From: a virus | Taxonomy: Duplodnaviria; Caudoviricetes | Reading direction: 5' to 3' (one strand) | Length of the DNA stretch: 53,795 nt | Virus record (IMG/VR): IMGVR_UViG_3300025093_000026 | Span: 1-53,795 of that record | Shown here: positions 35,642-44,841 of the stretch, one piece after another | Position numbering within the stretch: the stretch's first letter is position 1 | Layout of the letters: each line of letters begins with the position of its first letter | The notes under the pieces: model-generated | The model's input: the letters and a program-made list of their open reading frames with translations, nothing else | Databases searched by the model: none | Told to the model about the DNA's origin: nothing | Position numbers and translations under genes: made by a program

Positions 35642-37600
35642 ATGGCTAATAGAAATTCAAATCCAAGAAATCCACAACACGAATTATTTCGTAAATTAAC
35701 TAAATTATTATCTGGACCAATTGGAACCTCAAGGCAGCAACAGCCTCGTTCATTGCGTCGTATGCAGCTGGATAATTATTCCACAAAGTTTAAGTCAGCA
35801 AGCGGACAAGAGTTTAAAAAGTCGGCATATGGCCAGAAAGGTAATTATACCGCAAATTATATGGCTAATCAAAATCGTGCCGATCGTTATCACGATTTTG
35901 ATCAAATGGAATATACTCCCGAGATTGCATCTGCTTTAGATATTTACGCGGATGAAATTACAACTTCAACTGAAATTTCTCCTTTAATGAAAATTATTAC
36001 TCACGATGAAGAAATTAAAATTGAACTTGAGCACCTTTTCCATAAAGTTTTAAATATTGAATATAATATTTTTGGCTGGGCAAGATCCTTGTGTAAATAT
36101 GGAGATTTCTTTCTTTATTTAGATATTGATGAGGACCAAGGTGTACAATACGCGATAGGTCTCCCTTCAAATGAAGTGGAAAGATTGGAAGGAGAAGATG
36201 AAAATAATCCAAATTACATCCAGTACCAATGGAATTCTGCCGGCCTAACATTAGAAAATTGGCAGGTTGCTCATTTTCGTGTATTGGGGAATGATAAGTA
36301 TACACCATATGGAACATCTGTCCTTGAACCAGCTCGTCGTATTTGGCGTCAATTAACTTTAATGGAAGATGCCATGATGGCATATAGAATTGTGCGTTCT
36401 CCTGAAAGAAGAGTTTTCTATGTTGATGTAGGAAATATGCCTCCACAAGATATTGAACAATATGTTCAGAGAGTTATGACACAGATGAAAAGAAATCAAG
36501 TTGTTGATGCTGATAGTGGCCGCGTTGACTTACGTTATAACCCGATGTCAGTGGAAGAAGACTACTTCATTCCAGTAAGGGGAGGTCAGTCAACAAAAGT
36601 TGAAACTTTATCTGGTGGCCAATTTACAGGCGATATTGATGACATTAAATATCTTCGTGACAAACTATTCTCGGCATTGAAAATACCACAATCATATTTG
36701 ACTATGGGCGAGGGCGGAGAAGAAGATAAGACAACTTTAGCTCAGAAAGATATTCGTTTTGCAAGAACTGTGCAAAGATTGCAAAGATCTCTCACATCTG
36801 AACTTGAAAAAATAGCAGTTGTCCATTTATTTTCTAGAGGGTATAGAGGCAAAGATTTGACTTCCTTTACTCTTTCATTAAATAATCCATCAAAACTAGC
36901 ACTTATGCAAGAGTTAGAAACTTGGAGAACCAAGTTCGAAATCGCCGGTAGCGCAACCGAAGGTTACTTCAGCAAGAGATGGGTTGCTAAAAATATCTTT
37001 AATCTATCTGAGGACCAGATTTTAAGAAATGATAGAGAGCTTTTCTTCGATAAGAAACACGCCGCACTATTAGAAAAAGCTGCTGAAGAAATTACTGCTG
37101 CTGGTGAGCCAACTGATGAATTAGGTGGCGATTTGGGAGGTGGCCTCGGGGGCGACCTAGGTGGTGACTTAGGTGGTGACTTGGGCGCCGACCTAGGTGG
37201 CGATCTGGACACAGAGCCAGAGGGTGAAGAAACTCCGGGCGCAGAAACAGAAGCTCCAGAGCCAGAAGCTCCAGCTGGCGAAGAATCATCTCTCTTGGCC
37301 GCTCCCGGTAAAAGAGATATTAGAGAATATGAAAAATCGACATATAGGCCGGTTAAGCATGATAAGAGAACCAAGACAGTACCATATAGAAAAAATATAG
37401 GTTCAATGACCAAGCCAGAAGGTGGCACAAAGTCTTCTCAAAGAAGTAAATTTCCTGGATCTGAGATCTCGCGTCTAGGATATGGCGTTTCTGAAAGTAT
37501 TGAACCTAATTATAATAATGAAGAACAAAAACTTCTTGAAGCAAATATAGAAATTAAAAATCTAATTACTCTTTTGGAAACAAAATATGAGCAAACTTAA
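35642..37600 (+). CDS. portal protein (T4 gp20-like) with low-complexity C-terminal extension
   Basis: LMEDAMMAYRIVRSPERRVFYVDVGNMP, EEDYFIPVRGG, DIKYLRDKLFSALKIP motifs. Confidence 0.93.
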   Translation: MANRNSNPRNPQHELFRKLTKLLSGPIGTSRQQQPRSLRRMQLDNYSTKFKSASGQEFKKSAYGQKGNYTANYMANQNRADRYHDFDQMEYTPEIASALDIYADEITTSTEISPLMKIITHDEEIKIELEHLFHKVLNIEYNIFGWARSLCKYGDFFLYLDIDEDQGVQYAIGLPSNEVERLEGEDENNPNYIQYQWNSAGLTLENWQVAHFRVLGNDKYTPYGTSVLEPARRIWRQLTLMEDAMMAYRIVRSPERRVFYVDVGNMPPQDIEQYVQRVMTQMKRNQVVDADSGRVDLRYNPMSVEEDYFIPVRGGQSTKVETLSGGQFTGDIDDIKYLRDKLFSALKIPQSYLTMGEGGEEDKTTLAQKDIRFARTVQRLQRSLTSELEKIAVVHLFSRGYRGKDLTSFTLSLNNPSKLALMQELETWRTKFEIAGSATEGYFSKRWVAKNIFNLSEDQILRNDRELFFDKKHAALLEKAAEEITAAGEPTDELGGDLGGGLGGDLGGDLGGDLGADLGGDLDTEPEGEETPGAETEAPEPEAPAGEESSLLAAPGKRDIREYEKSTYRPVKHDKRTKTVPYRKNIGSMTKPEGGTKSSQRSKFPGSEISRLGYGVSESIEPNYNNEEQKLLEANIEIKNLITLLETKYEQT

Positions 37601-38387
37601 ACATAATAAAAAAAGAAATACTGGTATCTTATACGAAACACTTATTCGTGAATTAACACGTGCGTCCGCAAGATCTGACAAAAAGAGAAGTGATCTAGTT
37701 TTAGGCATACTTAAAGAATTCTTTAACAGAAGCACTGTGCTTGGTCAAGAATTAGAATTATATAAAACTTTAAACGAAAAAAATGGCTATCAAAAAGAAA
37801 TGGCAGAAAAAATCTTAACAGAAACAAAGAAGCGCCATTCCTCACTTGATAAAAAAAGATTATTTAAAGAGCAATCAAGCGTAATTAAGCAGATAAATTA
37901 TAAGCTTGGTAGCACAATGTTTGAGAATTATGTTCCAAATTTCAAAAATTATGCAACGATTTATCAGGTACTTAATGGTGCTCCAAATGTTCAACAACAA
38001 GTAAGACTGGAAGAATCCATCATAAGCGAGATGGCCGCGACACCCGTAGATAAGGAAAGCAAATACAAAGCAATTGATAACTTATCTTATAAGACATTTC
38101 TAAATAAATTTAATGAAAAGTATAGTGATAAATTACTCAGAGAACAAAAAGAACTTTTATCTTTGTATGCAACGAGCTTCAAAGGAAGTGATTTAGAATT
38201 AAAAATATTTTTAAATGAAGAGGTTAGTAGATTAAAAGACAGTGTTTCTAAATTACAAATTGGACAAAAAAATGAAATCCTAGAAGTATTAGAATCATTT
38301 GCAAAGAAAAAAATTGATAAAACAATTTTGGATAAAGTGCTGAAAGTACAACAGTTAGTTAGCGAGATAACAAAGCATGGCAATTAA
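37587..38387 (+). CDS. hypothetical head-region protein
   Basis: Overlaps the portal stop; helical; CTAATTA at 37562 upstream. Confidence 0.6.
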   Translation: MSKLKHNKKRNTGILYETLIRELTRASARSDKKRSDLVLGILKEFFNRSTVLGQELELYKTLNEKNGYQKEMAEKILTETKKRHSSLDKKRLFKEQSSVIKQINYKLGSTMFENYVPNFKNYATIYQVLNGAPNVQQQVRLEESIISEMAATPVDKESKYKAIDNLSYKTFLNKFNEKYSDKLLREQKELLSLYATSFKGSDLELKIFLNEEVSRLKDSVSKLQIGQKNEILEVLESFAKKKIDKTILDKVLKVQQLVSEITKHGN

Positions 38388-38943
38388 AGTTACATTAGAA
38401 AAGCCAGATAGTCTGGTTGTCACAATTAAAGACAAGAAAACAATTGAAGAAACTGTTAAGCTTAAAGCGCGCAAAAGTCTTAACGGAGATATTATGATTT
38501 TTGATCACAGCGATATTGATATTGTGATTATGCCACAAAAGAAGAAGATCTTAACCTTTGGCAAAGAATACCTAAGTGATCAAGTCTATGAAGCACAAAA
38601 TCGTCTTTTTACATTTCTAAGAAAAAGAGGCATAATCGATTATGATAGCATTGCAGGTGGCAGTGTTTTTTATTCTATGGAAGCTACGATACAAGAATCT
38701 AAATTGTACAATGAAGTACAGCATGCTCTTTTGGGAGTAGCAAGGTTTATTGATAAAGAGAGGCCATTGATGGAATTTGAGAAGGCTTTCGAGCACGAAG
38801 AAGAGAAACGTCTCAACGAGCCTCCACCGGGCGAGTTTACAGATTTCGATCCGGAAAGGCATGCCGAAACAAAAGGCTCTATCAATACAGGCTTGGCTCC
38901 ATATGGTATATCACAAGCAGCAGTATATCGTTTAGAGGAATAA
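38377..38943 (+). CDS. hypothetical head-region protein
   Basis: Coupled ORF in the head operon. Confidence 0.6.
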   Translation: MAIKVTLEKPDSLVVTIKDKKTIEETVKLKARKSLNGDIMIFDHSDIDIVIMPQKKKILTFGKEYLSDQVYEAQNRLFTFLRKRGIIDYDSIAGGSVFYSMEATIQESKLYNEVQHALLGVARFIDKERPLMEFEKAFEHEEEKRLNEPPPGEFTDFDPERHAETKGSINTGLAPYGISQAAVYRLEE

Positions 38944-39248
38944 TGGAAACTTTACATTTTATTCTCTGTGCCTATGGAATGACATTCATTTTGGTATACG
39001 GCTCAATCTTCAACAACCTTCGCCCAACTAAAGGTAAGTTAGGGGAATTATTCCATTGTCCCTTGTGCCTGGGCTTTTGGGTGGGTATATTTTTATGGGC
39101 TGTGAATGGCGCAACCGAACTATTTAGTTTTGATCACAGTTTAATCACAGCATTTTTATGCGGCTGCTTGTCTGCCGGAACTTCATACTTTCTCAGTATG
39201 TTGTTAAAAGACTTTGGACTAAATTTAAATATAAGGACAGAAAAATGA
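38943..39248 (+). CDS. small membrane protein with CxxC (DUF1360-like)
   Basis: Three hydrophobic segments; LGELFHCPLCLGFWVG. Confidence 0.6.
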   Translation: METLHFILCAYGMTFILVYGSIFNNLRPTKGKLGELFHCPLCLGFWVGIFLWAVNGATELFSFDHSLITAFLCGCLSAGTSYFLSMLLKDFGLNLNIRTEK

Positions 39249-39310
39249 GAAGACGTAATTTAGCAGAAACTAGAAGATGCTGTGCAGGCAGCATAATCGT
39301 GCGAGGGTGA
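39245..39310 (+). CDS. possible 21-aa peptide MRRRNLAETRRCCAGSIIVRG
   Basis: ATGA overlap with the upstream stop, TAAGGA RBS; its TGA lies in a GCGAGG/CCTCGC hairpin loop. Confidence 0.4.
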   Translation: MRRRNLAETRRCCAGSIIVRG

Positions 39311-39343
39311 GCCTCGCTTAACATATTTTAAAGGAGAATTAAA

Positions 39344-39466
39344 ATGGCTGAGAAAAAAAGCGATAAGAAGAATACAGGTCATGGACCTGGAAAAGTTTTG
39401 AAACCGGGCAACGTTTGTCCTTCAAGTTGGTGGAAAGGTACTGGATCTAAGAAAACTAAGAAATAA
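39344..39466 (+). CDS. 40-aa basic peptide MAEKKSDKKNTGHGPGKVLKPGNVCPSSWWKGTGSKKTKK
   Basis: Not in the ORF track; AAGGAG RBS; TAATG coupling to the protease start. Confidence 0.65.
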   Translation: MAEKKSDKKNTGHGPGKVLKPGNVCPSSWWKGTGSKKTKK

Positions 39467-40110
39467 TGTCAAAAAAACTATTACAAGAATATTTTGAACT
39501 TTGTCCTGATGGGCAATGCGCTTTTGATATCTTAACGGAATCAGAAAGAAAGCGTGTTGCCAATGATGGAGCAGTCTATCTTGTAGGAGTTTGTCAGCGC
39601 GCCGGTACAAAAAATGGAAATGGCAGAATCTATAAGAAAGAAACTCTTCAAAGAGAAGTAGAGAATTACCAAAAGGCAATCAAAGAAAGAAGATCGCTTG
39701 GAGAGCTAGACCATCCAGACGATAGCGTGATCAACCTTAAAAATGCCGCCCACCTAGTTTCAAAGATGTGGTGGGATGGTGATAATGTAATGGGAAAGAT
39801 TGAAGTTTTGGATACTCCTTCTGGCAGAATCCTAAAAGATTTAATTAAAGCCGGCGTTAAGCTTGGTATTTCTTCCCGAGGTCTTGGAACCGTAAAAGAA
39901 TCCCAAGGCTACGTAATGGTTGAAGATGATTTTCAGCTGATTTGCTTTGATATTGTATCAGAGCCTTCAACACCCGGCGCTTATTTAGCACCAAAAGCTA
40001 GTGCATCTATTTCAACTCCAAAAATGGATGCTGGAATAAGTGCTTATTTAAATGAAAATAAAGAAAAAACAAACTTGAATAATCTTATTCAAGATATTTT
40101 AAAGGATTAA
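39466..40110 (+). CDS. prohead maturation protease (T4 gp21-like)
   Basis: NGNGRIY, GELDHP (catalytic His), LGISSRGLG (catalytic Ser), FDIVSEPSTPGA. Confidence 0.93.
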   Translation: MSKKLLQEYFELCPDGQCAFDILTESERKRVANDGAVYLVGVCQRAGTKNGNGRIYKKETLQREVENYQKAIKERRSLGELDHPDDSVINLKNAAHLVSKMWWDGDNVMGKIEVLDTPSGRILKDLIKAGVKLGISSRGLGTVKESQGYVMVEDDFQLICFDIVSEPSTPGAYLAPKASASISTPKMDAGISAYLNENKEKTNLNNLIQDILKD

Positions 40111-40114
40111 TATT

Positions 40115-40522
40115 ATGAAAATTACAAAAGAACAATTGAATAAGATCATTAAAGAAGAAGTCCAGGCTGTTCTTAGCGAGGGTGGTGCTATGGGACATTA
40201 CGAGGGATTAAGTGATGCCGCGAAAGTAGAGTTTCGTGAGTTTATAGAGGCTTGGTTTAATCAAGCGGCCGCTCGATATCGCAATGATCCAACTTCTCCT
40301 TACAAAGCAGAACAGCTTGCCCGGGATCTGATGATGGGCGCCAAGGGTAAAAAACAAGATCCTTACTCAGCGAGCGTAGATTTTAATTTTATGGTAAAAA
40401 ACTTGGATCCAGCAGACCAGGACGCTGCAAGGAACCTTTTAAGTAGTATGGCTAAAGGAGTTGAAAAAAATCCGGCTTTAGCAACCTCGTCAAAAGAATT
40501 ATTATCTAACTCCGGACTATAA
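40115..40522 (+). CDS. MKITK-leader protein
   Basis: MKITKEQLNKIIKEEVQAVLSE leader; immediately downstream of the prohead protease. Confidence 0.65.
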   Translation: MKITKEQLNKIIKEEVQAVLSEGGAMGHYEGLSDAAKVEFREFIEAWFNQAAARYRNDPTSPYKAEQLARDLMMGAKGKKQDPYSASVDFNFMVKNLDPADQDAARNLLSSMAKGVEKNPALATSSKELLSNSGL

Positions 40523-40545
40523 AACAAATTATTAAAAGATTAATT

Positions 40546-40956
40546 ATGAAAAAGAATGAATTAAGAAAAATGCTTAAGCCTCTTATCAAAGAATGTATTA
40601 AAGAATGCATCTTTGAAGAAGGTGTTCTATCTGGAATTATTACAGAAGTTGCCAAAGGAATGTCCAATCAACGAATTGTTGCCGAGGGTTTAACCATTGA
40701 AAGCAAATCAAATACTCCTGATCCAAAAGAACTTGAAAGAAAAGCAGAAGCTTTAGAAGCTCAAAGGCAAGATAAAATCAAGAGATTAAACGAAACAATG
40801 TCTTTTGGTGGAGTAGATGTCTTTGAAGGCACAAAAGAAATATTACCAGAAGGTAATCAACATAGTCCTCTAGCTGGAACAGACCCTAATGATTCTGGCG
40901 TTGATATATCAGGAATTATGAAAATTGCCAACGGCAAATGGAAACACTTAATTTAA
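40546..40956 (+). CDS. head-region protein with related leader
   Basis: MKKNELRKMLKPLIKECIKECIFEE resembles the IIKEE leader. Confidence 0.6.
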   Translation: MKKNELRKMLKPLIKECIKECIFEEGVLSGIITEVAKGMSNQRIVAEGLTIESKSNTPDPKELERKAEALEAQRQDKIKRLNETMSFGGVDVFEGTKEILPEGNQHSPLAGTDPNDSGVDISGIMKIANGKWKHLI

Positions 40957-40966
40957 AGGATTAAAA

Positions 40967-41200
40967 ATGGCTGAGAAAACAGTTAACGTAGTTGTAAACA
41001 TAAAACAAACAAAAGGCGATCCTTATCGCCTAATCAAACGCTTCACCAAAAAAGTCAAAAAAGAACGCATACTTGAGGACTATTTATCTAGAAGATATTA
41101 CGAGAAGCCCTCAGCCAAAAGAAGAAGAGAAAAAGCGAAAAAGCTTCGTAACGCTCAAAAAGCCGAGGCAGCAAGAAACAAAAAACTAGACATAAGGTAG
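40967..41200 (+). CDS. rpsU: ribosomal protein bS21 homolog
   Basis: LIKRFTKKVKKERILEDYLSRRYYEKPSAKRRREK matches the bS21 core (LRRFKR...RxxYEKPSxxRK); 77 aa, basic. Confidence 0.85.
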   Translation: MAEKTVNVVVNIKQTKGDPYRLIKRFTKKVKKERILEDYLSRRYYEKPSAKRRREKAKKLRNAQKAEAARNKKLDIR

Positions 41201-41210
41201 GTAATTAAAA

Positions 41211-41753
41211 ATGGCAGTAGATGCAAAAACAGGACAACCAATATTTGGTCGCTACAGTGTTGGCCTAAATCACGTTGGTTCATATCAATCTTCTGGTACT
41301 CCTTGGATTACTGGGTCTACAATTACCGCCGACGCAGCGTCTGGCTCGGTTCATACTTTTGAGCTTCCAATGATTGCAAAAAGTATTACTGTCCAGACGG
41401 TACCCAATGATACATATACAACCCCAGCTGCAGCCGGCCCAAACCCAGCCGAAGGTGTTGCCTTTTACTTTGGCGAATCATTGGCAACAGATGGCACTCG
41501 TGTTGAAGGAAAAAATTCATTTCCATCAACTTTTGTCGGCGCCCCAGCTCAATTAGTCAATAGACATGCTTTGACAGTTAGATTCCCGAGTGGCTCACAG
41601 GAAATAGGAGTAAGAACTGATAAAATTAATATCGCTATTTTCGCCGGCGCCTCCGCGGTTTCTGCATCATATCAAATATATGCGGAATTAACAAATATTC
41701 CCGCAGCCAGAATGCCCTATAACTATATCTCTGGTTCTGGAGTAAATACTTAA
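41211..41753 (+). CDS. putative virion beta protein, paralog of 19516 ORF
   Basis: Shared ~36-aa N-terminus and C-terminal motif. Confidence 0.55.
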   Translation: MAVDAKTGQPIFGRYSVGLNHVGSYQSSGTPWITGSTITADAASGSVHTFELPMIAKSITVQTVPNDTYTTPAAAGPNPAEGVAFYFGESLATDGTRVEGKNSFPSTFVGAPAQLVNRHALTVRFPSGSQEIGVRTDKINIAIFAGASAVSASYQIYAELTNIPAARMPYNYISGSGVNT

Positions 41754-41787
41754 AAATATCACTTTTGTCATTTAGGTGTTATATAAA

Positions 41788-41794
41788 CTATTTA
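41788..41794 (+). promoter_or_regulatory. CTAWWTA candidate late promoter
   Basis: CTATTTA upstream of the scaffold-capsid operon. Confidence 0.6.
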
Positions 41795-41826
41795 TTTCTA
41801 TAAACTTAAGCTTAAGGAGTTGATAA

Positions 41827-43035
41827 ATGTCAAATTTGCTTACTGACGCACTAATTGATGCCGAAGCGCTGCGGGAAACCGCTTTGAAAAACGCAGAGGC
41901 TATTTTACTTGAAAAATTTTCTGATCAAATTAAGGATGCTGTTGAAACAATACTAACTGAGGCGCCTGAAGACGAAGAGCTGCCTATGGATGATGAAGCT
42001 GCAGCAGAAGAAATGGATGTCGAGGAAGAAGTTCCTGAGATGCCTTTGGCAAGCGCTGAAGGTGTAGAAATGTGTCCTTGCCCAGATAACGAAAAAGAAG
42101 AAATTATCGATTTCGACCAGCTTGAAGCCGAGCTTGATAAGATGGAAGCTTCCGAAGAAGATATGGAAACTTCCGAAGAAGCAGCAGAGGATATGCCTCT
42201 GGAAGAAGAATTGCTCGATATAAATGAAGAAGAATTAGAAGAGATGGCATATGCCCATTCGGAAGAAGTTGATCTTGAAGAAGAGCTACTAGAAGAGCTA
42301 GCTGACATGTTGAACGAAGAAGATGATCCGATGGGGAAAGATGCAGAAGCTCAAGAGGCCGCAGAAGAGGCTGCCGAGAAAGGTGGTGAAAGTTCTGATC
42401 TTGAGGCCACATCACAGCCGGGCGTACAGAAAGAAAACTTAAGCACTGACGATGATCAATTGTTAGAAGATTTAATTGAAGCCTTGAAGGTAGATATTGA
42501 CCCACTAAAGACAGAAAAATCTGGTTGGATGAATACACCACAAGGCACATTCCAATTGGCAGAAGAAGAGCTTCTAGCGATGCTAGAAGATTCAGAAGTT
42601 CGCGAACAACGCGATGAAATGAAGAAAGCTCTTAAAAGGCTAGAAGAAACAACAGATAAGTTAAAGAAAGAAAAGAAAGAATTACTTTCAATAACGTCTA
42701 GAATGAAGAAACAAATTAAAGAAAGCAATTTAACAAATTCCAAATTGCTTTACACAAACAAGGTATTGATGAGCGACTCCCTAAATGAGCGGCAGAAATT
42801 TAAAATTGCCGAAGCTCTATCAAATGCCGAAACTGTTGAAGAAGCAAAGACAATTTATGAGACTCTTCAAAGCGCAACGGGCAGCACAGTTGAAAAAAAG
42901 AAGCCAGAATCGTTGAGCGAAGCGGTTAACAAAACTACTTCAACATTAATTCTTTCTCATCGCAAACGCGACAAGGAAGAAAAAACTCAAAATAGTTCAT
43001 CAGAAAGATGGAAGATTTTGGCTGGCTTAAAATAA
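41827..43035 (+). CDS. prohead core / scaffolding protein (T4 gp22-like)
   Basis: Extremely acidic with many LxE sites, C-terminal coiled coil and RWKILAGL end; directly before the MCP. Confidence 0.8.
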   Translation: MSNLLTDALIDAEALRETALKNAEAILLEKFSDQIKDAVETILTEAPEDEELPMDDEAAAEEMDVEEEVPEMPLASAEGVEMCPCPDNEKEEIIDFDQLEAELDKMEASEEDMETSEEAAEDMPLEEELLDINEEELEEMAYAHSEEVDLEEELLEELADMLNEEDDPMGKDAEAQEAAEEAAEKGGESSDLEATSQPGVQKENLSTDDDQLLEDLIEALKVDIDPLKTEKSGWMNTPQGTFQLAEEELLAMLEDSEVREQRDEMKKALKRLEETTDKLKKEKKELLSITSRMKKQIKESNLTNSKLLYTNKVLMSDSLNERQKFKIAEALSNAETVEEAKTIYETLQSATGSTVEKKKPESLSEAVNKTTSTLILSHRKRDKEEKTQNSSSERWKILAGLK

Positions 43036-43060
43036 CAACAAACAATAAGGAGATATAAAA

Positions 43061-44818
43061 ATGTCAGTTTTAGAGAAATTAACAGAAGGAATCGTAGATC
43101 GTTCCCTCGCAAAGGAAGGTGCTGCCCTAGTTGAAAAGTGGGAGCGTACCGGTCTTCTTGAGGGTCTCGATACCGATCACACAAAGAATGGTATGGCTCG
43201 CTTGCTTGAGAATCAGGCAGCCCAGCTTCTTAAAGAGGCATCCTCAATGGCAGGTGGCGACGTTCAGGGTTTCGCATCTGTTGCATTCCCCCTCGTCCGC
43301 AGAGTCTTCGGCGGCCTAATTGCAAACGATCTTGTTTCAGTTCAGCCAATGAGCCTCCCCTCCGGTCTCATTTTCTTTATGGATTTTGAGTACAATGATA
43401 CCCGCTTTGGCCTCACAGAAGGTGAGTCAGTTTACGGTGGTGGCGTTGTTGGTTCAGAGCTAACTGGTGGTGTTACAGACCTCACTGAGAATGGTGGTGG
43501 TTTCTACAACCTCCAGAATGGCTACTCATCAGCTACTGGTTCTGAAACACAGTCACTTACCGCTTCCGCAACACAGGCTGCTTGGGCACCTGTTACTGCT
43601 TCAATTGCTGGTACTGCCGCTAACTGGACAGCAGCTCAGTTGTCTTCAGTTTCATACGACGTTGATCTTCTTAACAGTGATCTTCACGTCATTCAGGTTA
43701 CAGCTTCTGTACCTGGCGGAACTAGTGATGCTAATGGCCCCCTTAACCGTCTAGACTTGATTGACATTCACCCTGCAATCACAGGCGCCGACTTTGCAGG
43801 AGCTACATTGGTTCGTCGACTTACTCGCATTGTAAGTGTTGGTGGAGTTGAGAGATTGGTTATGACCCTTCAGACATCTGCATCCGACTCATTCAACGAA
43901 AATGCAAGTGGTTCTTTCGCTCTAGAGTACCCTGTTGCTGATCTATACAGCGATGCAGACGCTCTCGGCGCAGTTGTCGGTGATGTGTTCCCTCTAGAAG
44001 GCGCTAGCGATGTAGGTGGCGATTTTGATGGAGATAACAGAGGTATTATCCCGGAGATTAACATCAAGGTTGACTCAATCGCAGTCACAGCACAGACCAA
44101 GAAGCTCAAGGCAAAGTGGACCCCCGAACTCGGTCAGGACCTCAATGCTTACCACAACCTTGACGCAGAGGTTGAGCTTACTCAGATCCTCTCAGAGCAG
44201 ATCGCTCTTGAGATTGACCGTGAGATCGTCAACGACCTCATCCAGGGCGCTACAGCCGGTACTTACTACTGGTCACGCTCCCCAGGTCTCTTCGTTAACC
44301 GTACAACCGGCGCAGAGGTTGGTGCTGACACATCAGCTCCTGACTTCACCGGTACAGTTAGCGAGTGGTACGAGACTCTAGTTGAGACAATCAATGACGT
44401 TTCCGCTCAGATCCACAGAAAGACTCTCCGTGGTGGTGCTAACTTCCTAGTTACTTCACCTGAGATGGCTAACATCCTTGAGTTCACTTCTGGTTTCCGC
44501 GCTAGCATCACCGCTGATGCAGATCGTGGTACAGTTGGTGCAGTCAACGTTGGCTCAATTTCTAAGAAGTTTGATGTCTGGGTTGATCCTTACTTCCCCC
44601 GTAACCTAGTTCTTGTTGGTCGTAAGGGCGGCAGCTTCCTTGAGAGTGGCTTTGTATACGCTCCGTATGTGCCTCTCCAGGTTACCCCGACAATCTTCGG
44701 TACTGAGGATTTCGTCCCACGTAAGGGCGTAATGACTCGTTACGCGAAGAAGATGGTCCGTCCAGATATGTACGGTCTTGTCATTTGTCGCGGACTTCTT
44801 GGTGAGTCTGGCGCTTAA
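43061..44818 (+). CDS. major capsid protein (T4 gp23-like)
   Basis: LLENQ, VQPMSLPSGLIF, KLKAKWTPELGQDLNAYHNLDAEVEL, YAPYVPL, GVMTRYA motifs; probable maturation cut after LLKE59. Confidence 0.95.
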   Translation: MSVLEKLTEGIVDRSLAKEGAALVEKWERTGLLEGLDTDHTKNGMARLLENQAAQLLKEASSMAGGDVQGFASVAFPLVRRVFGGLIANDLVSVQPMSLPSGLIFFMDFEYNDTRFGLTEGESVYGGGVVGSELTGGVTDLTENGGGFYNLQNGYSSATGSETQSLTASATQAAWAPVTASIAGTAANWTAAQLSSVSYDVDLLNSDLHVIQVTASVPGGTSDANGPLNRLDLIDIHPAITGADFAGATLVRRLTRIVSVGGVERLVMTLQTSASDSFNENASGSFALEYPVADLYSDADALGAVVGDVFPLEGASDVGGDFDGDNRGIIPEINIKVDSIAVTAQTKKLKAKWTPELGQDLNAYHNLDAEVELTQILSEQIALEIDREIVNDLIQGATAGTYYWSRSPGLFVNRTTGAEVGADTSAPDFTGTVSEWYETLVETINDVSAQIHRKTLRGGANFLVTSPEMANILEFTSGFRASITADADRGTVGAVNVGSISKKFDVWVDPYFPRNLVLVGRKGGSFLESGFVYAPYVPLQVTPTIFGTEDFVPRKGVMTRYAKKMVRPDMYGLVICRGLLGESGA

Positions 44819-44841
44819 TAACAATTAGCGTAGCTTAATGT

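Noticed and set aside
39301-39331. Selenocysteine UGA with SECIS
   Set aside because: The UGA is inside the hairpin loop, whereas bacterial SECIS lies 3' of the UGA; read-through would add only a few residues.
34059-44818. Introns or inteins in terminase, portal or capsid genes
   Set aside because: ORFs are continuous, sizes are near expectation, and no intein (C...HN) or homing endonuclease motifs were seen.
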